Assembly: GCF_006345805.1 (NCBI RefSeq)
Contig: NC_042998.1
Location: 137,764,001-137,828,000, forward strand
DNA from: Octopus sinensis
Lineage: Eukaryota
DNA length: 64,000 nucleotides
Direction: 5' to 3'
Shown here: piece by piece, positions 1 to 10,617 of the stretch
Position numbering within the stretch: position 1 is the first letter of the stretch
How the letters are laid out: each line of letters opens with the position of its first letter
Program-made: the position numbers and the translations under genes
Notes under the pieces: model-generated
What the model saw: only the letters and a program-made list of their open reading frames with translations
Told to the model about the DNA's origin: nothing
Databases searched by the model: none

Positions 1-149
1 CAAGAAGTGTAGTGAAGTTTGTGGTCATTTCTTTGTTTAACATATTGTCTGCTTGTTCTGTGCTTTCGATGGCATATGAAATAGGTCTCTTACTTGGAAA
101 ATAGGTTATGGTTAGCAAAAGGAAGGACATCCAGCTGTAAAACAATATC

Positions 150-155
<6 letters not shown>

Positions 156-205
<50 letters not shown>
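156..205. repeat. (AT)n microsatellite; similar tracts at ~5353-5405, 22710-22795, 23535-23572 and 40827-40850
   Basis: Uninterrupted AT dinucleotide run visible in the sequence. Confidence 0.95.
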
Positions 206-211
<6 letters not shown>

Positions 212-579
212 GATATTGTTTTACAGCTGGATGTCCTTCCTTTTGCTAACCATAACCTATTTTCCAAGTAAGAGACCTATTTCATATGCCATCGAAAGCA
301 CAGAACAAGCAGACAATATGTTAAACAAAGAAATGACCACAAACTTCACTACACTTCTTGTAACTCAGGACTACCACGCAAAATGCACAGGATGTAAGCA
401 TTCACAGATACACTATATATATATATCATCATCATCATCGTTTAGCGTCCGCTTTCCATGCTAGCGGTTCAACTGGGGTCTGGGAAGCCAGAAGGCTGCA
501 CCAGGCCCAGTTTGATCTGGCAATTTTTCTACGGTTGGATGCCCTTCCTAACGCCAACCACTCCATGAGTGTAGTGGGC

Positions 580-795
580 GCTTTTTACGTGCCACCGGCA
601 CAGGCGCCAGACGAGTCTGGCAAACAGCCACGATCGGATGGTGCTTTTTATGTGCCACCGGCACGAGGCCAGTCGGGGCGGCGCTGGCAATGGCCACAAA
701 CGGATGGTGCTTTTTACGTGCCACCGGCACGAGGCCAGTCGGGGTGGCGCTGGCAACGGCCACGTTCGGATGGTTCTCTTACGTGCCACCGGCAC
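580..795. repeat. About 4 tandem ~55-bp repeats in the RTE 3' UTR (core GGTGCTTTTTACGTGCCACCGGCACG)
   Basis: Core repeated at ~578, ~640, ~708 and ~770. The same array recurs at 54350-54697 and 39270-39570. Confidence 0.9.
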
Positions 796-948
796 TGGTA
801 ACTCAGCTGCAATTTCCATTGATCGATTTCGATTCTGATTCTCACTTGCCTCAACAGGTCTTCACAAGTAGAGTTTTGTGTCCCAAGAAGGGAAGGTATG
901 CATAAGTGGACTGGCTACATCCCATGTAGAAGACCACGGGTTATGGTC

Positions 949-3900
949 TCAGTTGTCCTGCCGGGTCTTCTCACGCACAGCATACTTCCAGAGGTCTCGG
1001 TCTCTAGTCATTTCCTCAGTGAGACCTAAAGTTTGAAGGTCGTGCTTCACCACCACGTCCCAGGTTTTCCTGGGTCTGCCTCTTCCACAGGTTCCCTCAA
1101 CCGCTAGGGTGTGGCACTTTTTCACACAACTATCTTCATCCATTCTCGCCACATGTCCATACCAGCGCAAACGTCTCTCTTGCACACCACATCTGATGCT
1201 TCTTAGGTCCAGCTTTTCTCTCAAGGTACTTACACTCTGTCGAGTATGAATACTGACATTACACATCCATCGGAGCATACTGGCTTCATTTCTTGCGAGC
1301 TTACGCATATCCTCAGCAGTCACGGCCCATGTTTCACTGTCATGTAGCATGGCTGTTCGTACACACGCGTCATACAGTCTGCCTTTTACTCTGAGCGAGA
1401 GGCCTTTTGTCACCACCAGAGGTAAGAGCTCTCTGAACTTTGCCCAAGCTATTCTTACTCTAGCAGTTACACTTTCAGCACACCCGCCCCCGCTGCTGAC
1501 TTGGACACCTAGGTAACGGAAGCTATTAATTATTTCTAGTTTTTCTCCCTGGAAAGTGACAGAAGTTGGTCTCAGAGCATTTTCAGTGTTTATTGTTCCT
1601 GAGCATCTGCCACATACAAAAACTATCTTCCTAGTTAACCTTCCTTTGACGTTGCTGCACCTCTTATGTGTCCATAGCTTACACTTGGTGCATCTTATAG
1701 AGTTTCTACCTACACCTTTTCTACAGATCGAGCAGGGCCATCTACCTGAAGGCGTTTGTGATTTGTCTACCTTCCTACTTATTAGGACTTTGGTTTTAGC
1801 TAGATTGACTCTAAGGCCCTTCGATTCTAATCCTTGCTTCCACACCTGAAACTTCTCCTCCAGTTCTGATAGTGACTCAGCAATTAGAGCAAGGTCATCA
1901 GCATAGAGGAGCTCCCAAGGGCATCCTATCTTGAATTCCTCTGTTATTGCCTGGAGGACTATGATAAATAGGAGGGGGCTGAGGACTGAGCCTTGGTGGA
2001 TCCCTACCTCTACTCGGAATTCTTCACTGTACTCGTTGCCAACCCTCACCTTACTAGCAGCATCCCTGTACATGGCTCGCACAGCTCTCACTAACCATTC
2101 ATCTATCCCTAGTTTCCTCATTGACCACCAGATAAGGGATCGGGGGACCCTGTCGGAGGCTTTCTCCATGTCAACAAAAGCCAGGTACAGGGGCTTATCT
2201 TTGGCTAGGTATTTCTCCTGCAGCTGCCTTACCAGGAATATAGCATCAGTGGTACTTTTCCCTGGCACGAACCCAAACTGCATCTCATCTAAACTCTCTC
2301 TCTAATTAGTTGGGCTATGACCCTCTCCGTAACCTTTATTACCTGATCCAACAGCTTGATACCTCTGTAATTATTTGTATCTAGGGCATCACCTTTACCT
2401 TTGTAGCAGTTGACTATTATGCTGCTACACCAGTCATTGGGTATGACTCCTTCGTGTATCACCTGATTAACTATACGGGTGACTAGGCTATAGCCGACAC
2501 TACCAGATATTTTGAGCATCTCTGCAGTGATTCCTGATGGGCCTGGGGCTTTCCCTGTCTTCATGCTTCTAATTGCCTTAACTACCAAGGAACTGTCAAC
2601 TCGGATAGCTGGTCCCTCTGTTGGGTTAACATTCGGCAGACTCTCTTTATCCCATTCATTTTCTTTATTCAGCAACCTTTCATAGTGGCGTCTCCAAACC
2701 TCTCTCTTTGCATCCTCATTTAGCGCAAGTGAACCATCTTCCATGTGAACACACCTCTCTCCTACCACATCACAATTCTCTCTCACACACTGTCTTGCAA
2801 CGCGAAACACCTCCAGTCTTTGGTCCTCACGGCGCAGAACATTGGCAAATTTTTTCTTAGCCCTGTCTACAACACTGTTCCACCACCACGTTACCTTGGG
2901 ACGAGAGGGGACTTTGCACCAGCCACAGATCTGGTCAGTGGCTCTCAGCAGGTTGTCCCTTAGAAACGTCCAGTTGCCTTCTACCCCATGTGATACTCTA
3001 TCCCCTTCTACTTCGTCAAAGGCTTCACGTAGCATGTCCCTAAATCTCTGTCCATTCGCAGGATCTTTAAGCTTCCAGATCCTTCTTCTCCATGTTGGTC
3101 GTCTTCTGGTTGTCCTCCTAGTCCTGATCCTAAAGTCACTAACTACCAGTCTATGTTGTGGGGTACATTCTTCACCTGGGAAGGTTTTGGCATTTATAAG
3201 CAGCCATCTCACCCTTTGCCTGGCAAGGATGTAGTCAATTTGGCTGGTATGTTGGCCCGATCGGTAGGTGACTAGGTGGCTGGTAGGTTTCCTGAAGTTA
3301 GTGTTGCAAATCATAAGATTATTTGCATCACAGAACTCCAGCAGCCTGGTTCCCTCCTCGTTGCGGGAACCATAGCCATAGCCTCCATGTACGCCATGGA
3401 AGCCCCCAGCATGACGTCCAACGTGATCATTGAAGCCACCAGCCACAAAGAGAAGGTCTCTGTCGTTCGTCAACGAGGTAGTCTGCAGTAGAGTGTCATA
3501 GAATCGGTCTTTCTGTCCATCGGGTAGCCCCGACTGAGGAGCATAGGCCGATATAATGGTTGCTAAACTATGATGAAGCACTAATCTAATCTTAAGTATT
3601 CTGTCACATACTCTGATTACCTCAATTACTTTATCTACCCATTTCTCAGCGATAAGTATATCCATGCCACCAACCCCATCAGTGTTCCCTGCCCAGAAAA
3701 TCTTGTACCTGTGTTCCTTGCCTGTGAGGAACCTAGCAGATCCTCCTCTCCACCTTACTTCTTGCATGCAACATATATCCACACATCTCCGTTCAAGCAT
3801 CTCGACTATCTCGCCAGACCTACCTTTCAGTGTGCCAATGGTTGAGGGTGCCAACCCTGAGGATGTGGGAGGTATGGGACCTAGAGACCCTGGGACGGTG

Positions 3901-3951
3901 GCCGGTAGCTTCATGTACCTGAAAAGAAAGCTCGCATTTGGCAGAATTCAT
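949..3951 (-). pseudogene. Disrupted APE-RT ORF of the RTE element (about 1000 aa originally)
   Basis: ORFs 2289-3914 and 949-2283 are two halves of one ORF. There is a +1 frameshift at ~3840 (upstream frame MNSAKC...LRVGTLN from ATG 3951), a frameshift at ~2292 (RERV*/LDEMQFGF) and an apparent in-frame deletion before KKKFANV. APE GDFN reads GGFN and RT DLEKAFD reads DMEKASD. Confidence 0.88.
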
Positions 3952-4279
3952 GTGCAAGTAATACAGTAGCCTGCATAACACTAGCCTTTCATATTTTGCA
4001 CTGTATGAACATTACCTTACATAGGTCGAGACTAGGGGTAGGGATGGTGAAAGAGCATTTGCAGTCTTCATGGGAAGCAACCCCGTGATGGCAAAGAATA
4101 GGAACTTCCAGCATGTGTGGAGGGGGTAGGAGGGAGGGTGCACCATAAACTAGGAAGAGGTTCTGTTAATCGTGTGAGCAAGAAACTAGGTTTGAAAAAT
4201 CTGAGAAAGTGAGATTTTTAGGGGAAAGATAAGTGGCTATGAACCGGGAGCAACAGGGAGACAAGACTAAACAAAAAAC

Positions 4280-4500
4280 ATATTTGAGCTAGACAGAGTA
4301 ATGAGAAAATACTGAAAGAATAATTTACATGAATGGCATGTTACTGAGCTAGATAGAGTAATGAGAGAATACTGAGAGAATAATATAGTGAGAGAGTACT
4401 GAAAGAATAATATAATGAGAGAGTACTGAAAGAATAATATAATGAGAGAGTACTGAAGGAACAATATAATGAGAGAGTAATCGAAGAATAATGAAAGAAT
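4280..4500. repeat. 27-bp minisatellite (GAAAGAATAATATAATGAGAGAGTACT), ~5 good copies plus degenerate ones
   Basis: Direct periodicity; produces the 9-aa periodic spurious ORF 4267-4464. Confidence 0.85.
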
Positions 4501-5349
4501 AATGATGATACGTGCAAAGATAGAAGGTAGAGGAAAGCGAGGTTGAAAGAAGAATTTCTTAACTTTAACCGTTCATGAGCTGTGCGTATTTCTTCGTTAG
4601 GGATTTGGAAGTGAGTGGGGTTACCGATTATGCGTTTGCTCGTTTATATGTGGCGATGGTGATTATGGAAAGAGGGGGACATAGAGAAACATAGGGAGAG
4701 AGAATAGGGTTAGTTAGAGAGGGGGGGAGAAAGGTGGTCAAGGAACACGTGGGAGGAAGCAGTGTGAGGAACTTTGACTAGCATAGTTGAAAGGGGATGG
4801 CAGTGTCGATAATATTTATTATTTGATAACTAATATAGACTTGGGGCAAAAAAGGTAAAATCTGAGTTCGTCAGGCAATCTAACTAGTCCAGAAACTAGG
4901 AAAAGGTTCTGTTAATCGTGTGAGCAAGAAAGTAGGTTTGAAAAATATATATGTATACACACATACACACATCATGCTTTCTACCATATTCACAATCTTC
5001 TGCTAAACTGTTCAACCCATGCCTGCATGGAAAACGGACGTTAAATGATGATGATGATGATATGACAACGTACCTTCTGAACAGGATGCTGGTCTGGCCT
5101 GAAATTTTGAAATTTACAATAAGCATCCTTTTCCCATGCTGGCATGACAGGAACTGACATAGCCAGGGGCACACCCGGTTTCATAGTCTGTTTTGGCTTC
5201 GTTTCTACAGATGGATGCTCTTTCCTAAGTCCAGCTACTTTACAGAATGTACTGGGTGCCTTTTTGTGGCACCAGTACCCACACCAATACTTTATACATG
5301 GCACCTTGGTTAAGATCCCAATTTTGTTGTAGTGAGCAGATCTTGTGTG

Positions 5350-5408
<59 letters not shown>

Positions 5409-8283
5409 TTTAACATCCCTTTCATACTGGCATGGATCAGAGTTTGACAAGTATTCAAAGTGTCCAAGGACCATATTGTGCTTCAGCGTCTGCTTTAATC
5501 TGGTTTTTACAGTGGATTGCCCTTCATAACACCAACTACTTTACAATGTACTGGGTACTTTTTTCATGCCACCAACACGGTCACCATGTAGCTCACAAGT
5601 CTACAAAACCTGAGATGGGAGAGGTGTGTCCTTACGTAAGAGCAGGTTCTTGCTGTAGAGGAACTGCATGGCTACTCACATTTAAAATAGGTGAAAATGA
5701 ATTGGTGGTATCTCCAGATAGAGTAGTGGTGATAAGGTGTCCAAATGGCACCTCAAAGTATGAGGTGAGTTGTAGGCGGTGCGAATTTGCAAGAGTGAAT
5801 GGAGGAATAAATAGAAGAGATAGAAGTGGGAGTGAGGAAGGTAGGTGACACCTGTAAAGATTGGAAAAGGTTGTTGGAAGGAAGTGCATGAGTTGGGGAA
5901 GCTACATGGATGATAGCAGCAAAGTAGTAGCAATGATACAGTTGACAGGAGGAGGAGAGTGATGGTGTGTTTGGGTAGGCTACAGGAGCAGAGAAGAGAG
6001 ATACAGGCATAGTACACAAGGAGAGATAATTTAATAATCTGAGAGAAGATAGGATGGCCAAGTACGTAAGTTTTCATCAAGTTGATCAAAAATGTCATTA
6101 ATAGCAGATATGATGTCATCATTGTGATACTGGCAATATTACATAAACAAATGCAGATGGTTGGTCTGTGGTTGGGGAACACTCAATGTAAACCAGAATC
6201 ATTTGGTCAGTGGAACTATCCTTTGCGCAACCATTAACATTTTTTCAGTCCTGTTGCTAAACTTGGAAAAGTCCATTTTTTCCATACTTATTTCCAGGAC
6301 AATTTTATGAATTTTAATTTTTTTCAATTTTTGGACAACTTAGAATATGATCATCATTTTAACACCCTCAGTTGCAATGTCAAAAAGTGTTATCCTGGAA
6401 CCAAGCAGCTGGTATATAATTTCCAATTGAGTAAACTCCACTTGTTGTCACATAAAGCCTACAACCAACATGAAAATCACATCCGCACGAGAGAGAGAGA
6501 GAGAGAGAGAGAAAATGACCATTCTCACAAGATAGATATAAGTACAGTTAGTATATGAAAGTTCAAAAAAATATTAAACCAGGAAAGCTCGGTTCCACAT
6601 TTTTTAAGTGAGACTTGTTTGGCTCAAGGCCCAACTTGATCAAGCAGATCTGTTATCAATAGTGTTCCAGCAGTGACTATCATATAAATTTTGCATATAT
6701 ATGGAAGCTACTTTGTCTTTCATTCTTCCTTTTAGGATGACAGGGAGTGACTTGAGGAAGATTTGGCTGTGCTTTCTACCAGATTAAGTTATCACGTAGA
6801 GCATACTCCCCTACAGTAGATCAAGAGTGAACATAGATCTAGGAGTGAGTAAAAAGAGTGATTTAAAGAAAAGAATAAAAATAAAAATTGACGCAAAATT
6901 AAATATTAAACCACCACAAAGCAGTGAATTCGCAAAATCATTTAAACTGGACAAAATCCCAGAGGTATTTAGCCAGCTATGGCAGTTTGCGTTCTGAGTT
7001 CAAATCCCGCCATGATCAACTTTGTCTTTCATTCTCCATAATTGATAAAGTACCAGCCAAGTACTGGGTTGGTCTAATAATCTTACAAAGTAGCTTCTAT
7101 AAGGCTAGAATTGTAATAAAATACAAGACGGATGCGAGGTGAAAAAAAGAATTCATCAATAGGTAAGTTTGTTTTTTTTAAATCAATTCATAAAGAAAGA
7201 ATAATTACCGAGTGGATCTGAAAGAAACTGATTTACATCAATTGAAAATAATATAATTATAAAAGTAAATTTTAAAATATGTTATTGGCACTACTCGATT
7301 AATTTTTGTCACCTTGTTCGCAAGAATATTGTATATTAGGGTTTTAATCAAGTCCCCCCGACCCTCGATTAACATACATAAAATATTACAGTATTTTCAA
7401 ATATAATAAAACCCACAGGTGGTCCACAGCGAACTTTCTCCTGGATTGCATAATGATATTAAAAATAATTTTACATATTTAGTTATTTGTTCCTCATGAG
7501 AACGGCTGCGTAAGAGACAACTCACTGTCACATACACATTCCAATTAAAATTTTCGTGTTTACTTTAGCTTGCAACAGTACAATTTTTTTTCGAAGTATT
7601 CAGTTATTGTTAATTATTTGATGTCTGAATAGTTTCGACTTTTACTGTTTTAAGTTTCCCATTTTTCAAGTTCATAAAGAGTAATACAATTATGCAAGTA
7701 TTATTATTTATTTTGTTTCATGTAGTACAACATTCCCATAAATTATTTTATCGAACGGCTTAAAATATAAGGACTTGCTTTCTTTGTGAGTAATAAATAA
7801 GTAGTATGTATATTAAACTTAAAAAACAAATGTCTTAAGTACATTGTCATCTGCGACTTCGAAAACGTATCGCTGCAAAGTTTCATTTAAAAAATATGCA
7901 TTAAGAAAATTACGAGGTAATAAAATCAGTGACGAGAGGAACCAATCTGTAGTTGTGTCCACAATTATATTTTTTGTAATTCCATTTTTCCTTTTGTTTT
8001 GGTTTTGTGTTTTTAAATAGAGATAGGCTCCCTGGTAAATAGCATGGCTGACACCCTGTCTCTCTGTAATTGGCGCTGGTGGTATGTGTATATGAGTACA
8101 CAGTTAATAAGTCAAATAAAGTCGGACTATTGCTGTTAAGCTTTTTAAATATTTAAATTTCACTAAAAATACTTGAAAGTACATTAAGCTACAATAATAC
8201 AGGATAAACAGCGCCAGAAGAAACAACGATAAATAACGAACTTTTATGAAAAGAGTACAAAAAAATTTCCAGAAACCACTTAC

Positions 8284-8460
8284 TTTAACCAGGAAACGTC
8301 TCTAAAATATATTCAGTACTAGGCGGTTAGATAAATAAACATTAAAACTGGAAAATAAATTGTCTTGATCAAGACTGAAACATAAACAATGACATAGTTA
8401 AAAGCGTTTGAATGAGACGGTTTGAAACGACCGCCATTCACAACTGCACATGCGCATTTG
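8284..8460 (-). promoter_or_regulatory. Putative promoter and non-coding first exon of a gene transcribed leftward out of the window
   Basis: YY1-like CCGCCATT at 8431-8438, NRF1-like TGCACATGCGCA at 8445-8456, strong minus-strand donor AAA|GTAAGT at 8284/8283, and CpG-retaining sequence at ~7100-8500. No coding exon was identified. Confidence 0.4.
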
Positions 8461-8795
8461 CTACTAACACAGTGCATGGTAGGAGGGAGAAGGCAAATAC
8501 TTCAAATATATTTTTAGAGAGATTTGTTAAGGGAAAACATCAGATGTTTGTATCCTTATTTTGGGCTTTAGCAATATAATGTTTTCAATTTATATATTTT
8601 GTTTACAATAATGTTTTCTTTTGACACATTCTACCAGTATACGAAGTTTCAAATTGTTTAGTTAACTAGAAAATTCCGTCTATCAAACAGAAAAGATCCG
8701 TTAATTTGACTGCTTAAAGCATTTACATAAGTTTGCCCTAAACGTTCATGCTTGTTTTCAGACTTTTAGTATTAGTTTCATACTTAGGCTTTTTT

Positions 8796-9203
8796 GGATC
8801 TTTTCGGTTTGAACGGCAGTTTTTTTTAAATAATTTCCACGTAACTAAACACTTTTAAACTTCGTATACTGGTAGAATGTGTTATAAAACATCTTTTTCT
8901 CTTGGCTTTATTGAGAAAATTCTATAGTTTGTAAGATTTTTTTTTTTCTTCAATTTCTGCAATTTCAACCAATCAATGACGTCTATTGAGGTAAAAAAAC
9001 ATTCTGTGCCGTATGAATATGTCCCTCGTTTAAGAAACAGATTGGGTTTACTTACATTTGTGAAGAAAAAAAAGATACCCTTCCCCCCACCCCTAACCCT
9101 AAAACAGATTTAAATGCAATAGATCGATACTAGGGTCATAATTATGGGTGACAATTTCATATGACACCACTAGAAAAAACTGCCGTTCAAACCGAAGTGA
9201 TCC
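8796..9203. mobile_element. MITE, 408 bp, with GGATC-initiated ~30-bp TIRs and 8-bp TSD (Merlin- or Mutator-type)
   Basis: Left TIR GGATCTTTTCGGTTTGAACGGCAGTTTTTT; right TIR has 2 mismatches. GCTTTTTT is duplicated at 8788-8795 and 9204-9211. A further related end lies at ~8620-8699. Confidence 0.88.
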
Positions 9204-9211
9204 GCTTTTTT

Positions 9212-9600
9212 TATTTATACTTAAATATATACATAAAGAGTGAGAAAAAGACAAAAACCTCTCTAATGACTTGAGGCACGTTTGCAGTGTTGTCACGGGT
9301 GACGGTGAGCCTGATGCACTGGAACAACCAAGCTCCCTCAAAAGCTTCACCAGTTACCTCTGCTAAGCGAGCTTCCAGTGAAGACAGGAATCTCGCGGTC
9401 AGTGGTCCGACCCCATCAAACGCCACAGGATGGAAAATGTAGTTGGCCGACAGATTGCAGTACTTCAGGATTTTGTTCCGCTCAGCTGCAGAAGCTGTGG
9501 ATCTCGCCTTGGCCGCACTGACGTCCCAGACAAGGCATCTGCCTCTCGACCAGGGGCACAGGGTGTGGCCGTCGGGTCTTTTCCCCATCACATCTGAACA
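9212..9600 (-). mobile_element. 5'-truncated fragment of a restriction-like endonuclease (RLE) non-LTR retrotransposon, CRE-like
   Basis: ORF 9211-9591 has GKRPDG-x4-PWSRGRCLVWDV...E-x-K-x2-KY...FHPVAFD...WLFQCI, an RLE PD-(D/E)xK C-terminal domain. GC-rich island with a short A-rich 3' end. Confidence 0.75.
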
Positions 9601-9834
9601 ACTCAGATGGTTCCAATATGGAGATGTTCGATGGGGCTAAGAGAGGTTTCCCAGCGCCCCAAAATTTTAAACCTAAGGTGGTGAATTGTTTATTCTTCTT
9701 CTCACTTAAGTGTAAATTAAAAAAAAAAAACAATAATAAAAACTTTAGCTTTCCTATGATAAGCCGCAAGCAAAGGGTTAAAATGGTTTGCCTAGTATTA
9801 GAATATATGGGAAAACGATTTCAAAATTACTTTC

Positions 9835-10617
9835 GGATCTTTTCCTTTTGAACGGCACATGTCAACACAATTTCTAGTTAACTAAACACTTTTAAACTTC
9901 ATATACTGGTAGAATGAGTTTATAAAACACCATTTTTTCTTGGCTTTATTGAGAGAATTCTATAGTTTGTAAGATATTTCGAGCATTTCGGCAATTTTAA
10001 CCAATCGCTGACCTCCATTTGGGGTGAAAACATTCCGTGCTGTATGAATATGTCCCTCGTTTAAGAAACAGATTGGGTTTATTTACATTTTCGAAGAAAA
10101 AAAAGGTTACCCTTCCCCCACCCCTAACCCTAAATCTAAAATAGATTGAAATGCAATAGATCGATACTAGGGTTATAATTATGGGTGACATTTTCATTTG
10201 ACACCGCTAGAAAAAGATCCCATTTTCCGTAGTGGTGTCGTATGAAATTGTCACCCATAATTATAACCCTAGTATCGATCTATTGCATTTCAGTCTATTT
10301 TAGAGTTAGAGTTAAGGTTAGGGGTGGGGGAAGGGTATCTTTTTTTTCTTTGCATATGTAAATAAACCCAATCTGTTTCTTAAACGAGCGACATATACAG
10401 CACGGAATGTTTTCACCCCAAATGGAGGTCAGCGATTGGTTAAAATTACCGAAATGCTTGAAATTAAAGTGGAAATACGTTACAACATATAGAATTTTCT
10501 CAATAAAGCCAAGAAAAAATGATGTTTTATAAACTCATTCTACCAGTATACGAAGTTTAAAAGTGTTTAGTTAACTAGAAATTGTGTTGACATGTGCCGT
10601 TCAAAAGGAAAAGATCC
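9835..10617. mobile_element. 783-bp foldback element built from two inverted copies of the 8796-9203 MITE-family unit, with 8-bp TSD
   Basis: Arms 9835-10212 and 10230-10617 are reverse complements; ends are GGATC...GATCC; TTACTTTC is duplicated at 9827-9834 and 10618-10625. Confidence 0.9.

Larger units (their letters stand above)
426..4946 (-). mobile_element. Near full-length RTE-clade LINE retrotransposon, inactivated copy
   Basis: APE endonuclease motifs (RVGTLNIGTL, CMQEVRW, ISAYAPQ, SQIDYIL, QHRLVV) are followed by RT motifs (NYRGIKL, QFGFVPGKST, HQGSVLSP, YADD, FRYLG) and an RTE-type C-terminus (RPRKTW). The 3' UTR carries tandem repeats and a (GAT)n tail at 426-439. The 5' boundary is approximate. 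Confidence 0.93.

Noticed and set aside
529-905. CRISPR-like look of the conserved ~26-bp cores with variable spacers, and the ORFs they generate (also 54241-54890 and 39345-39587)
   Set aside because: Spacers are related to each other, the array is the RTE 3' UTR, the DNA is eukaryotic and there are no cas genes. The ORFs are repeat translations.
3960-4200. HDV-like ribozyme expected at some RTE 5' ends (also considered for the repeat at ~60690-61010)
   Set aside because: I could not fold a convincing nested double pseudoknot by eye; it needs an Infernal or RNArobo search.
4868-4874. CTGACGA on the minus strand as a hammerhead core
   Set aside because: No helix II followed by GAAA downstream.
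7132-8081. Plus-strand exon pair (donor at 7163; exon 8021-8081) giving MRGEKKNSSIEIGSLVNSMADTLSLCNWRW
   Set aside because: Splice signals are plausible, but there is no recognisable homology, no downstream exon was found, and the local pattern favours a minus-strand gene.
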